Positions 29,590 to 43,875 of a stretch of DNA of 64,000 nt are shown here, in pieces. The DNA is from Octopus sinensis (Eukaryota). The stretch lies in NCBI RefSeq assembly GCF_006345805.1, contig NC_042997.1:166284001-166348000 (forward strand), written 5' to 3'. The notes below the pieces were generated by a model that was given only the letters and a program-made list of their open reading frames with translations, had not been told where the DNA came from and made no database searches. Position numbers and translations under genes: made by a program. The stretch's first letter is position 1. Every line of letters begins with the position of its first letter.

Positions 29590-29975
29590 CATTGCCAGTT
29601 AATATCAATTTATTGAAAACACAAGCAATGAAACCAAATTTAGTAACCAGAAATACATCCACTTATTAAATACCACATAACTCATGTCACAGTTGAGTAT
29701 ACCATCTGGAAGACTAAACATAAACATGACAAATTTTTGCTTCAGCACATGCCCTATCTACTTGATTTCAATAAATCTATGCTAACATACAAGCACATAC
29801 ACATTTATATTTCACATGTTACTGGCAAAAAATGTCACTGAAGAAAAGGATGGAAAACAGAATTCAGCTTGTTTCTGCAGATGCACAATCTAATGCATGT
29901 TTCATTTAACTTCTGAACATGTTCAGCCATCAGCCAAAACAGAAATCAGTTTTCTCATATCATATAAAATATATT

Positions 29976-30012
<37 letters not shown>

Positions 30013-30082
30013 CCAACCTGTGACTAGAAATGTATTTTAGTTGTGTATGTTGTTTCTATGCATGGTATTTCTCTTCTAAAAA

Positions 30083-30312
30083 TAAAAAAAAATAAATGCG
30101 CCCTTTTAAAGCCTAGCCAGGTTCATGGGCCCAGTTTCCCGGTTTCAATAGCGTATGTGTTCCCCAGCTGGACGGGATGCCAGTCTATCACAGGATTACT
30201 CATTTTTGCCAGCTGAGTGGACTGGAGCAATGTGAAATGAAGTGTTTTGCTCAAAAACACAACGCGTCGCCCAGTCCAGGAATCGAAACCACAATCTTAC
30301 GATCATGATGCT
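30083..30312 (-). mobile_element. tRNA-derived SINE, head/body H2 + tail X
   Basis: Tail matches 8153 (CCCAGCTG...GCCTAGCC...AAAAGGGCG). Body matches 44590 and 59022 (GCTCCAGT.CACTCAGCTG). Confidence 0.78.
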
Positions 30313-31053
30313 GGCACCCCTCTTTTAGCTGCAAGTAATTTTATTGTGCAAACTAGATGTAGCTTAGCTCTAAAATGGAGTGGATCTACAAAAGCGGTTT
30401 CAGTCAAGACCATCCCATGTTTTCATTCATATGTGTAAGATACCTAAGATCACATTATCAAATGTGTTCTTTTCTAGAGTGGTTAAGTTATGATTTCAGG
30501 AAGATATGGCTGCTATTTCTAGTAGGTAGTGATTTTAGTGAGATATGGCCACTATTTATAACACATCTAGCAACCATATACAAGCCAGAACCTCATTTTC
30601 TCCTGTGTCCTTTTAAGATGGTAAGCCAACATAAGTACAGAACTTGAAGTAGTAGGACCACAATATGCATTGTGTCCTTTGTAAAACAGCAGTACATGTA
30701 TTGAGTGGAATTTGCTGCTGTTTCCAGAAGGTCAAGCAATTACTGGTCTGTGTTGTTGCTCATGTAGTTCGGCAACGGTGAAAGATATTCCAGTCATGAC
30801 CACCCCATGCTTTTCATATGAGGCAAAGAACATAAGTAAAACATGTCTGTTCAAAGATGTTAGACTGTAGTTTGAGAGAGAAAGCTGGCTATTGTTTCTA
30901 GCAAGTATACCTACCATGTAAACATACTTGAGACAGAAGGCTGTGATTTGACTGAAATCTGGCCACCCCACAAGTCAAGGGAGTAGACTTTTGATGAAAG
31001 TTAGTCAGTCTATCCATGGCCATCCTACATGTGCAGTAACCCTATATATATAT

Positions 31054-31102
<49 letters not shown>

Positions 31103-31432
31103 TGTGTGTATGCAATTTTGTCAGTTGGTGTCACTTTACTGGGAACACAGGCAACGAAATCTAGGCCTTATCCAGAAAGCTGAAAACAAAGATATTACAC
31201 ATTTTTCACTTCTGCTTGAGCACAGTTTTCTTGGTTTCAAGAAACATCTGCTAACCCATATATGCATGTGCAGGATACATGCATGCAAACGTGTGATACA
31301 CACACACTGAGATACACTACACGTGTTTATGAGAAAATGTCAATAAAGAAAACAGTAGAAAATACACATTGATTTACTTCTGCACATACATTGTCTATGT
31401 GGTTTCAAACAACCTCTGCATATATATATATA

Positions 31433-32290
31433 CTAGCATTAAAGACCCGTCGTTTCCGGGTCATAGTGCTAGTGCATGTATATATGTGCACATATTACAT
31501 GTACATCTATATATATACATCTACACATAAAATGCAAAATACAAAGTTATATCTTGATATCGCTAGTGATAACAATACTTAAAATATATAACAGACTGGA
31601 ATTATTAGCTCTTTTTTTTTCTCTACATTGTATACTTTATAGACAATAATCTTTTCTTTAATTTAATTTTTTATTATCCATCTGGACTATTCCATTTCTG
31701 CATGCTAATTTTATTTTTAATTTATTCCCATTCATGTGAAACCACTTCAAATCATTGATGCAATTTTATACCAATTGCTATTTTTACTTTTGTTATGTTA
31801 CAATTATATTATACTGTAGTTTGATTTTAATTATTACTTACTACATATAATTCAATTGTTATTATTATTTTTATTGTTAAAGTGAAAGCATCTGACATAA
31901 AATAGAGAAACGTTTTTGTTTCACTTTTAACATGTAATACTGAAATAGTGGAGAAGATATGATATTGCTATGGGCTCGCTCTAGGCAAGAAGTTGAACAT
32001 TTTTTTTGTCCATGAAATTACATGGACCCTAAGTAAGGCATGTGTAAAATTTGAATGGAATTGGTTGCGTAGTTCTCAAGTTTTAGGGAATCGTAGTGGA
32101 GAAGATATGATATTGCTGTGGGCTCCCCCTAGGCAAAAAGTTAAAACTTTTTTTGCCGATGACACTCCCCGGGCCCTAAGTAAGGCATGTATAAAATTTG
32201 AATGAAATTGGTTGTGTAGTTCTCAAGTTTTAGGGAAACACACACAGACAGACAGACAGACACACATTCTCAGTTTTATATATATAAAGA
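31433..32290 (-). mobile_element. Non-autonomous Helitron (Lep1/DINE-1-like architecture)
   Basis: On the minus strand: A|TC 5' end at 32290, a (CTGT)n microsatellite near the 5' end, a 6-bp-stem hairpin GACCCG-GAAACGA-CGGGTC (31462-31444) and CTAG|T 3' end at 31433. No TSD. Internal 148-bp tandem duplication (31946-32237). Confidence 0.8.
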
Positions 32291-32979
32291 TATATATATA
32301 TATAGGCACAGGAGTGGCAGTGTGATGAGTAGCTTACTTACCAGACAGTTCCGTGTGTGTGTGTGTAGGGGACTGAGACTCCTGGTGGCTTGCTGAGCCT
32401 GAGAAGACATGTCAAGCTAAGTAAGAGCATGGTTATCCTTGAATACAAGCATGTCCCCTGCATCCCTCTCCTCCTAATGCTGCAGGATCATGAGTACTAG
32501 TGTCACATAAAAAGCACCCTACCAGTGCTGTGTAAAAGCACCCAGTACACTCTGTAAAGTGGTTGGTATTAGGAAGCGTATCCAGCCATAGAAACCATGC
32601 CAAAACAGACATGAAACATGGGCAGCTCTTCATCTGGCCAGCTCCTGTCAAACCATCCAACCCATGCCAGCATAAGCAAAAAATGTGGTTATGTGATGAT
32701 GAATGGAGTTGGCAACACTTTCTCAAGTAATTGATGGTTTGTTGGCTTTTATGAAAGACATTTACATTATATAAAACATTAATGCCGATAACATTTTCTG
32801 TGTTCTTTTTTATATATGGCGCATGACCCTCACACACTATCTTATCTGGAATTCTGAGGACAGTCCAACCATGATGGAGATAGCTGAGTGTGAAATCGAT
32901 CTACCATATATATACATGTACACACACACACATGAATATGTGTGGGTGTGTGTATTTATTGTATGTGTATACAAATGTA

Positions 32980-33028
<49 letters not shown>

Positions 33029-33753
33029 CATTTTATATACATAAGATTTTAAATGCAAACAACTTATCATGGAGATCATTGTTGACTTAATTTCGTTCAT
33101 TAATCTTATCAGAAGATACAAGTTTATTTCTACTATCAGATTTTACTTTAACTTGGAAAGGGTTAAAATCCAATATAAGAAACCATAAAAACTCTAAAGA
33201 TAAGTTCATATTTTCTGATAAAACTAATAACTCATATGAGTGATCTGCATGATAAGTTTCTTGCATTTAAATCCTGTGTATATTTATCTCTCACTGGGGG
33301 AGAGAGTACTTTTTCTTGTTGATCCCACCAATAACCCAAACGACACTATATATATAGTGCATGTGTGTATTATGCAGTTGAGAACAGCTGTGTAATGTGC
33401 AGATCTCTAACTGTTGAGAGAACCTGTGGAAGAGGTAGACCCAGGAAGACATGGGATGAGGTAATGAAACATGATCTTCGAATGTGGGGTGTCACAGAGG
33501 CGATGACAAGCAATCAAGACCTTTGGTGATGGCTGTGCTTGAGAAGACTTGTCAAGCCAAGTGAAATCATAACTGTTGCTAGTAACGGTGACAAATAACA
33601 GCATCCGTGCTGGTGACACATAAGAGCATCCATGCTGGTAACATGTAAAAGCACCAGTGCCAGTCAGACGTTAAAGGTATCCACAACACTCTCAGTGTGG
33701 TTGGAGTTAGGAAGGGCATCCAGCTGTAGAAACCAAGTTAAAATCTGGTGTAA

Positions 33754-33801
<48 letters not shown>

Positions 33802-34173
33802 ATGTATGTATATGTATCTATGTATATGTATGTATGTATTCGCCACAACACACATTTTTTTCCTCTCCTTGTTTCTTTCTGTGTTCCTTTCTGTGGAAGA
33901 GCGTAGGCTCGAAATGTTAAAGACTTTTCAATTCCCGAGCATTATATTAATATATCTGTTTGTTTTCTACACCACCTGTCTTCATCATTTTTTTTTGTGA
34001 ATTCTCCCTATATATATATATATATATATATTATCATCATCATCCTTTAACGCCCGCTTTCCATGCTAGCATAGGCTGGACAATTTGACTGAGGAAAGGC
34101 ATATATATATACATGTATGTATATATATATATATGTATATATACATGTATGTATATATAGTTTGTATACATAT

Positions 34174-34251
<78 letters not shown>

Positions 34252-35816
34252 ATGTATGTATGTATGTATTATACAGATATATATATATACACACAGATAT
34301 ATTGATGCAGTCTCCTGGCTCGCCAATACCTGTCAAACCATTCAACCCATGCCAGCATGGAAGACAGACATTAAATGATGATGATGTATAGCTAAACAGC
34401 AAAGAAGCATAAATTTCACATATAGTTCATACTTTGTTTTCAACAGCTGTTTCATTATGACAAACATGATTGTGATACATAGTAATTTAAATAAAATAAA
34501 TTTAAATAAATTTAATTTAAAACTAGTGTTCACCCTGATCATCAGAATTTAAATACATTTTGATAGAGATGAAAAACACCAAGAAGAGAAAGAAGGAAAA
34601 GCGAAAAAAATAAATACATGAATACGCACACACATACACACATTATCCTCATTCTATGTCCATTGCTCATGCTGGCATGAGCTGAGCTGCACAGGTCTGC
34701 TCACCTAGACAGTTCAGAGAAACCTCATCTTGTTTGTGTTTCCTTTTGGTTTGGTTCTATGCACATTGTACAGAGTATACATGATGCATTTTTCATGACA
34801 CTAGCACTACTGATATAGCCATTTCCTCATCACAACTAAAGAGACCTTACAACCCCTTGTCTCTGTTTGGTGATCCAACTCTCTACAGAGCAAGAAGCAT
34901 GAGTGACAGTGGCATGAATGATAGTAATGGAAGGGATGTGTGAATAGTGATATGGGTGACAGGAGTACTCAGTAGGCTGACATAGGTACAAATATTCAAA
35001 ACAATATGACTGAAATGGCAAAACTGTGAGATAAGACTATGTTACCCAGGACATGTGGAACAAAAGGAATATGAGTATACTGGCAGTCAGACTGACCTGG
35101 GGAGATGACATGCTGTACAGGAAGGAAGGGAAAAGGTAGAACAAATGGAGCATAAGTGGTCCAGTGTAGTCACCTATCCATATGTATGGTGATGAGCTAG
35201 AAGGGTTGAGTGATGAGGGTGATGGTATGATGAAAGCAAATTAGATGGGTCTCGTACCAGTAAGTGATATAAAGGAGTAATGGTAGAGGATCAGAATAGG
35301 TACATTGGCATCCTGATTAGAGGTAATTAGCAGTGTACAGAAGAGATCTAGTGCCATCCTCAGTCACACTGGTATATAGTAGAGAGAGAAATGAAAAGAG
35401 GAATTAGTCACTGATTGATGAGCAATATATATGGGTGAAAGAAAGTAATGTATGTCAAGCAATAAAGACAAGGATGAGAGAGTGCAATGTGAGAGAACCA
35501 CCACCATCCTTAGTCATATTGGTAGCACTGCGAAACTGCAACTGATTAGAGGGGAATGAATAAGTGGCATAGATGCCGGAAGCAAGAACAAGAAAAATGA
35601 CGGGCATAGATGAAAGGGAACTGGGTGACAGTGGTATGGGTGATAGACAACTGAATGATAGAGATATGTGGTGCAAGGGATAAGAGATAGAGCAGCAAGT
35701 GATATCGGCATTAAAGGGGTTAGGGTTATCAAAGAAGTCAATGATATAGACTAGATGGTAAGCAGATATGCATGCTTACGTAGATGCTCACATGTACATA
35801 GCTTAACAACACCTGC

Positions 35817-36007
<191 letters not shown>

Positions 36008-36889
36008 ATAGGCAAACAGATAGATAATGAATGTATAGTTTAACTTCCAGTTTGCTGCAGCTGGGCAAGGGATTGGGTCTTCTCCCACGCAGCATACTGC
36101 CGATCAATGCATGTGCATTAGTGTATATGTGAGTATACGTATTTATGAGAGAAAGAGAGAGAGAGGAAGTGTGTGTGTGTGTATGTGTGTGTGTCTGTGC
36201 ATGTGTTATGCATTTTGTTTATATCTTCATAAGGAACAAAGAAGGCCTTCTATGTATTTTGATCTTCTACTTTTCTGGAGCACAACATGGTGGTCTCTTC
36301 ACTTCCTAAAAGTCTAGAACATCATTCACAGTATCATGTGTGGGAGAGAGAGAGAGAGAGAGAGAGTATGTGTACTCACACATTAAAGCACACTCCAGTG
36401 AACATTATAGCCTTATATTGTTCTTACTATAACAAGCAACAATTAAACAGAAACACTTATAACTAATCTCTGAGGCTTCAGGCTATTCAACAGAATGAGC
36501 ATATCAAATACTGCCTCTACAGAATATATGGTTAAATACTTCATTAATTACATTGAAAGAGTATTTAGCTAATTAATTACATTTGTCTGAATGGAGTGAA
36601 GAAACTGTTTTCCTTTCACAAATCTTATCCTGTACTATAATATATTTTCATACTTTAGCTGTGAAATTTCATGAATGAGGAAACCATAAGCTAGAGGCAT
36701 TTTTCTCAACAGAATTCAGTATATATATTCCTTACAATATGCTTTCATTAGCAGTACATATTATCTACAATGTTCCGTTTTACCAATATGAAGTCATATA
36801 CTATTACATATATTGAGTATATTTTCATGTACTTTCATATTCATCATCATCATCATGTATTAATAAATAGGGAAATATCAAGTTGTTAT

Positions 36890-37117
36890 TTAACCCTTTA
36901 GCATTTAATCCAACCATATTTGACCCAAATATTCTACCTGTTTTATGCTAAAACTGACCAGATCCAACCTCTTACACTTACCCTACAATGTCACTCTAAA
37001 AATATACAAACACACCATTAAAATCTTGAAGCCACAAAATGATGTGTGATTAATTCAAAACAATGTAAATAAATAATCATTAGATTTAGCAAAGAAATCT
37101 GAATGCTAAAGAGTTAA
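36890..37117 (-). mobile_element. piggyBac-type MITE family A, copy 4
   Basis: TTAACCCTTTAGCATT ... AATGCTAAAGAGTTAA with reverse-complement body. Confidence 0.78.
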
Positions 37118-37493
37118 ACAAAATATGCACAATGCTGATATTTGGGCTTCAGTATAAATTCTGTTTTAAAAAACTGAAAGCAAAGTTCTACTAACAAGAA
37201 TTCAGACACCGCAGTAAAAGTGCATCTCACATAATAGCAGACAGCTGACTGTTTTTTTCTGCTGATTTCTGCTAACTACAGTATAATACATATTATTTAC
37301 TTTGTGCAAGAGACAGAATTCAGGCCTTTCCTTTTTTATTTTGTAAAGTGATACAAACTTGAAGCAAGTATAAAATCACAAGCAACAAATCATCTGTACT
37401 GCTCTCCATTTGTTTTTTACTTGTTTTTTTTTGATTTTTTTTTTGTTTTTTATGCAAATGAATAACTCAACTTTGTTGTACTTTATATTTCAG

Positions 37494-38125
37494 ATTGCAA
37501 AGATGTATATGAGCGAGGTCATACAGACAGCAGTGTTTACTACATAAAGCCTACTTACTCCTCTTGCCCCATCCCTGTATGGTGTGACATGGACACCCCA
37601 CCAGGAGGATGGTTAGTCATTCAGAGACGACTGGATGGTAAATTGTCATTTAACCAAGACTGGAAAACTTACAAAGATGGATTTGGTGATGTAATACGAG
37701 AACTCTGGCTTGGTAATGACAATATTTTTTTGCTGACAAATCAAGCACATTACCAACTGCGTATTGATTTGTGGGACTTTCAAGGAAACCGTGTTTATGC
37801 AATATATGAAACCTTCAAGATAGATGGTGAACGGGACAGTTATAAATTAAACATAGGCAAATACAAAGGCAGTGCAAAAGATAGCTTCGGTAAACACAAT
37901 GGACTTCTGTTTAGTACATCAGATAAAGACAATGATAAATGGAGCCAATATCACTGTGCTAAAGAATGGGAGGCTGGGTGGTGGTTTACTAACTGTTGGT
38001 TTGCTATTCTCAATGGACCCTACTATGAGAAAGCTAATGTAAGCTACCGGGGTATATCATGGAATGAATGGAAACATGAGCAACTGAAGAAAACGGAAAT
38101 GAAAATACAACCGTTTAAATCATAA
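37494..38125 (+). CDS. Angiopoietin-like / FReD protein, coding exon 2 (complete fibrinogen C-terminal domain)
   Basis: Polypyrimidine tract + CAG at 37491-37493. G+AT gives D, then CKDVYERGHTDSSVYYIKP...VWCDM, GGWLVIQRRLDG, F.QDWKTYKDGFG, ELWLGNDNI, LRIDLWDF, FSTSDKDND, GWWFTNC, GISW.EWK, LKKTEMKIQP; TAA at 38123-38125. Spliced CDS is 649+632=1281 nt = 426 aa. Confidence 0.93.
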
Positions 38126-38157
38126 CTTAAATTAGATTGTTTAATACAAAAATATAA

Positions 38158-38266
38158 AATAAAATTATATAATACTTTGTTGACCAGTTTGAGAGTTGTA
38201 TTTATTGTAAAACTTGAATAAATATGAGACTTGTAAATATTTATATTTTTATCTGTTGAAAATAAA
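38158..38266 (+). terminator. Candidate polyadenylation signals of the FReD gene
   Basis: AATAAA at 38158, 38217 and 38261, just after the stop codon. The DNA is AT-rich, so these could be chance. Confidence 0.35.
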
Positions 38267-38621
38267 GTACAGCAAATATATGAAATATTGTGTAAGTTTG
38301 TCAATTACTACAATTATTGCAGGTAGTGAAATAGATAATTAAAAATATATATCTCTGATGACTATCAATTTTTTTATTGGATTAATTTGGAGGAAGGCCC
38401 ACAGCCTTTGCAGGCTGCCCAAAACTGGATACCAACAGTCTTCAGCAAAAATTATTAGTTGATAAGAATAGGGTCTACATGATAAGAATAGGGTCTACAT
38501 GAATTTTAATCCCTCTACAAATGTTTCCATACATAATTCAAATAAATCTGTTTACAAGTGAAATTGTACAGAATGCAGGCAAATAATTAGTTATCAACTT
38601 AAAATATCTAATGTCTTATAT

Positions 38622-38932
38622 CACCGTGATCACCGTGACTGACCAGGCTATCAGATGTTGCTACACATTGCTGGTTACAGTGTGCTTCGCATTGTTTTAG
38701 CCTTCAAATGATGCCACCCCACTGCCTAAGCGAGCAGGCCAACAGAAGAAAGAGTGAGAGAAAGTTGTGGTGAAAGAGTACAGCAGGGATCGCCACCACC
38801 CCCTGCCGGAGCCTCGTGGAGCTTTAGGTGTTTTCGCTCAATAAACACTCACAATGCCCGGTCTGAGAATCGAAACCGCGATCCTCGGACCGCGAGTCCG
38901 CTGCCCTAACCACTGGGCCATTGCGCCTCCAC
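38622..38932 (-). mobile_element. tRNA-derived SINE, head H1 + tail Y, with 12-bp TSD
   Basis: Head matches 8153; different tail ending in TCACGGTGA repeats. TSD AATGTCTTATAT at 38610-38621 and 38933-38944. Confidence 0.88.
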
Positions 38933-41702
38933 AATGTCTTATATATCCATGATTAATGTTACTGTATTGTATTCTGATATTGTCAGCAGTTCTCTAGCAT
39001 TAGGTTATGATGTATTGTGATACAGTAACCAACATATATAGTGTTTGCAGCAGGAAGCTTTAAATAAGGAATAATAATGCCTGTTGCCTATTTATTAAAT
39101 GAGTGTTGTCTGTAAGATTAGTTACAACACTTCAGAATTAGAAATAAGATTTTTGCAAATGTTTAACTGCTTGATGCATTTCTTTTTCCTAAATATTTAT
39201 ATTTCCCTGCAGGAAAGAATTCTAGATAAACCATAACACAATCTGATAATAATGAACAGTGCAACACTCATGCTGTGTTTGCACAGCACTTGCAGTTACA
39301 ATCCAAAAATAGATGAAAACAGAATAATAGAGTTAAGCATGGTGTTGAATTAAATTTTAGAATAACATGAGAATTATTCCTTTAAGTTAATATAAATCTT
39401 TATACACTTGTTGCCATCTAACACCATTCAACTTAACCCAAGTATACTTAAGGTGTATAAGTAATTAGATAAATGATTAGCATGATTCACAGGTCCAGCA
39501 CTTTAGGTATACAAAGCTTCTGTCTGGTGGAGAACTACAGTAAGCACTCCAACATGGATGCAATAGATTATTGTTCACCTACACTGAAGAAGGCCGGGCA
39601 TGTTGTTATTGCACCACTGTCCAGCCAGTTCATGCATTACAGAGGATTTGGACAGTTCTTATAGTAAAGTGGATTTGGTCAGAGTAAAACAGTTATTTTC
39701 CTATACAATATTACATGCAGGTATGAAACATACAATCAATATTATCAATACCACAGATGCACTGTGGCTACAACCCTGTAAATAAAATTCTAGCTCATCA
39801 TTGATTTAATACCCATTATAAATATTCCAATGCATCTCAAATTTATTTCAGAACTACCTAGATATAAATTAAACATAAAAAAGAAATATTTTGATTATAG
39901 GTAACTGAAATTATTCTACAATAACTTTAAACATAATTTTAAGCATATTGGTTATAATAGGAGAAAATATGACTGTGTGATTAAGAAGTTCGCTCCAAAA
40001 CCATGTGGTTAGTAGCTTGGTTTTAATGTATGGACACTCAGTTGACATTCTCTACTATAGCCATGGGTGGACCAATACCTTGTGAGTGGAACTGGTAGTC
40101 AGAAACTGAAAGCCTGTTTCATATATATATCATCATTGTTTAACATCTGCTTTCCATGCTGGCATGGGTTGGATGGTTTGACATGAAGCTGGCTAACCGG
40201 GAGCTATCCAGATTCCAACCGTCTGCTGTGGCATGGTTTCTAAGGCTGGATGCCCTTCCTAATGCCAACCACTTAACAGAATGTGCTGGGTGCTTTTTAC
40301 ATGCCACTGGCATGGGTGCATTAATGCAGCATTGGTATGGGTGCAATAATGCAGCACCAGCACAGGTGCTCTTTAAGTGGCACCAGCACCTGAAAAGACA
40401 AGCCTGTACATGTGGAAGACAGTGATTTTACTTAGCTTGACATGTCTTATCAAGTACAGCAAATCACATCTCCTAGTCCCATATATAAATACACACACAC
40501 ACACAATGTATGTATTTAAACATGTATGGTATATGTGCATGCTGATTGCAAGCAAATACCCAACCCTTCACAGAAACAATATCATTCATTTGCAGTTTAC
40601 TGCAAAACCATGACTGGGATTCTTGATAGGTCTTGACATGTAAGTGCTAATTGTTAACCAATGCATTAGACAAAATATAAGATGATATATAAAATACTAT
40701 CTAGATAAAATTATTTTTAAAAATTGTGTTTGTTAAATAAATGAAATGACATTGTTTAAAGTTGGCCAGTTGTGACTGGATACAAAAATGAATGCAAAAA
40801 TAATGGTGAAAATTTTACAATATAAGTAACTAACTAAAGAAAGGAAATGACTTTCATACCCAATTATATATACACATTGGTAAATTTGGAAGAATAACAA
40901 AACAGAATATTGGAAAAGAAGCAGTATGTAAAATGTTACAAAACTTAAATGGGAAACAAAAGAGTGAAAAGTAGGATAGAATAATGTATAAGGTAGCAAG
41001 AGGAAGAAAGAAATAAAAAAAGAGAGAGAAGGAAGAAGGAATAAGTATTTTATGCACATGGTTCCAAAAAAGAAATAATCTGATATGCAGTTCCTTCTTA
41101 TAAGTTCAAAATAAGCAGAGGAGTGGGTCAAATACTGACTAGCTGAAAAATGTGCAAATGCAGCTAATTTTTTAAAATTAATAATGTTACTGCAAGTTCA
41201 TCATAAGCTGTACTTAATATGCATTACTATTAAAAGGAAATACTAAATTATTTTTATAAGTGTAACCACCTAATGCAGTTCTATGCACACAGGATACAAA
41301 GCTGTTTGGTATATATTTAATTACAACTGTTTGCTAAAGTAATGAAACAAAAATATAGGCCGACTAGAATATGTCAGTGGAGGGGTAACATTTATTTATA
41401 TTTATGCATTCTACAGTACAATATATTTAAACCAATTTAGAGTTGTGGAGCACCAGAATGATTCTTTTAATTTTACCATCTTGAACCAATGGAGAGCAAA
41501 TGAATAAAAATTAGTACCAATTTTCATCAGAAAAAATATACCAAACCAAGTTTGTTTCATGTAAGACAGTTAAAAGCAAGATTATAGGTAAATATACTGA
41601 ATAAAATAGAGAAACCAATCATTACAACCAGGTAAAAAAAAATGGACATAACTTCAACATTTGATTGTTTGATAATTTTTTTTATAAAAATGTATATTCT
41701 TA

Positions 41703-41866
41703 TAGGCGCAGGAGTGGCTGTGTGGTAAGTAGCTTGCTAACCAACCACATGGTTCTGGGTTCAATCCCACTGCGTGGCATCTTGGGCAAGTGTCTTCTGC
41801 TATAGCCCCGGGCTGACCAATGCCTTGTGAGTGGATTTGGTAGACGGAAACTGAAAGAAGCCTGTC

Positions 41867-41945
<79 letters not shown>

Positions 41946-42177
41946 GTATGTGTGTGTGTTTGTGTGTCTGTGTTTGTCCCCTAGCATTGCTTGACAACCG
42001 ATGCTGGTGTGTGTTTACATCCCCGTCACTTAGCGGTTCGGCAAAAGAGACCGATATAATAAGTACTGGGCTTACAAAAAATAAGTCTCGGGGTCGATTT
42101 GCTCGACTAAAGGCGGTGCTCCAGCATGGCCGCAGTCAAATGACTGAAACAAGTAAAAGAGTAAAGAGTAAAAGAGT
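41703..42177 (+). mobile_element. tRNA-derived SINE family 1, young full-length copy
   Basis: A/B-box-like head, core, central (TA)n(TG)n and tail with GAGTAAAA repeats; many CpGs retained. Confidence 0.9.
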
Positions 42178-42816
42178 ATTAGCACATTCAAAAACTATAC
42201 TTAGCTAGGTGCACTTGGAAGATTTTATTTTTAGTACTTTTTGACCCCTCTATATTTGTACTTGTATATGTATTTGTAGCAGAATTCACCTGGGGTAGGT
42301 TGAGCCAGTTCCAACCATAGAATACACAACAATGTGAACAGAAGCAGACCACACTAAATAATCACAGACATTCATAAATCAATATGAAACAGGTTTTATG
42401 ATTCCATGTCCTACCACAGCAACCATGAAACTGTCAAGTTGAAAGCTGACCTATTTTTCACCTAGGTGGTCAAAGGCAACAACGATGGAACTTATGACAG
42501 AAACAAATTAGCAAGCACACTTTTATAAATGACAAAAATTATTATTATTACTCTTGCTTTTCTTTTTCTACATTATCAACATACGTCAATACAATAATCT
42601 TTCTTTTTCACACACAATTTTCAAGTGAACAAAACAAAAGAACAAAAGACATGGTATTATGTTGTTTCCTGAAACCAGATACCTCACCCTAGGTAGCTTA
42701 AGTGATATATTCAATCCACACTTAAGTACTGAGAAGTGCATCCAACAATAAAGAAACTATATGTGTAATTATTACACAAAGTTCATAGATAATGAGATTT
42801 AAAAATTAATACTTAC

Positions 42817-42982
42817 CGGGCATTAATTTTTCTATTTTTACTGTCTTCTTTATTATAAGCAGTAATTACTAGAATTTTCTTTAGCTCTACCATTTCATTG
42901 AGAATATTGGCAGTAACTGTAGGGTATGCGAGGTAACGTTCTTTAACTACCCAGTCATCAAGTTCAGTCATTGATGGTTCAC
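42817..42982 (-). CDS. TMX3: TMX3 internal exon (166 nt, phase 1 to 2)
   Basis: Poly-T + GAAACAG|(G)EPSMTELDDWVVKERYLAYPTVTANILNEMVELKKILVITAYNKEDSKNRKINA(R)|GTAAGT. Aligns with human DLSSWINRERFQNYLAMDGFLLYELGDTGKLVALAVIDEKNTSVEHTR. Phase matches the previous exon. Confidence 0.82.
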
Positions 42983-43875
42983 CTGTTTCAAAAAAAAAAA
43001 AATTCCATGACAAATTTTGAAAACAATTTTATTTTTTATTTTTCAGGTTTACTTTTTCTTCATTTACACACATAACTCTGAAGCTATGTGTATGGGTGTG
43101 TGGTGGACACACATTTGTATGTTCGTATGCATGCCCAAATGTATGATCTACTTTAATTCTAATAAACTGATATGGGTAAATACACTTTAATTCTAATAAA
43201 CTGATATGGGTAAATACACTTTATGTCATAAAACTCAAAAAGATTATCTCAAAGTTTGAAACTTTGGTAGAGAGATGATGTACAAGGACCGGATGCATTT
43301 TATGGATTGCCTGCATGCCATAATCAATTTAATCAAGAGGATCTGATGATGCTTTTTCAAAATCAGTAAGATGTTTGTGAAAAAGCATGGAAATTTATGG
43401 AAGCTAACATGTTATCAAACTGTAGAAACAATCTCTTCCCAGCAACACCAGAAATATGGTCATACATTAGAGTCTATTGAAAGTTGATTAGTGCTGTATC
43501 AATATTTTAAATGCAATAGAGCAGCAACAATGTAAACAGCCCAGCTATTAAGGCTGTCAGTTTTGGTGATATTTTATTAGAAGTTGTAGATAAGGTTTAT
43601 CTCGTTACTTATCAGATATCTGGAGAAAACACTAATACAGTGTTGCCTAAAGAGTAAACGTGAAAGAAAAAGAAAACACAAATTGTAAAGGGGCAAGGAC
43701 TGTAACAAGAGAAAAATAAGCTAAGTGGTAATAGCTGCAAGACTAACAACTCTACTGTCAAAGATGTGATGAAAATAGTATGTCAATCCATGTTCAAATT
43801 TTGGCTATTATTGTACAAAATTCTGCTTAGGTGTACCCTTATTTCAATGTTACAAATTACCTCTTTTGAAATGAT

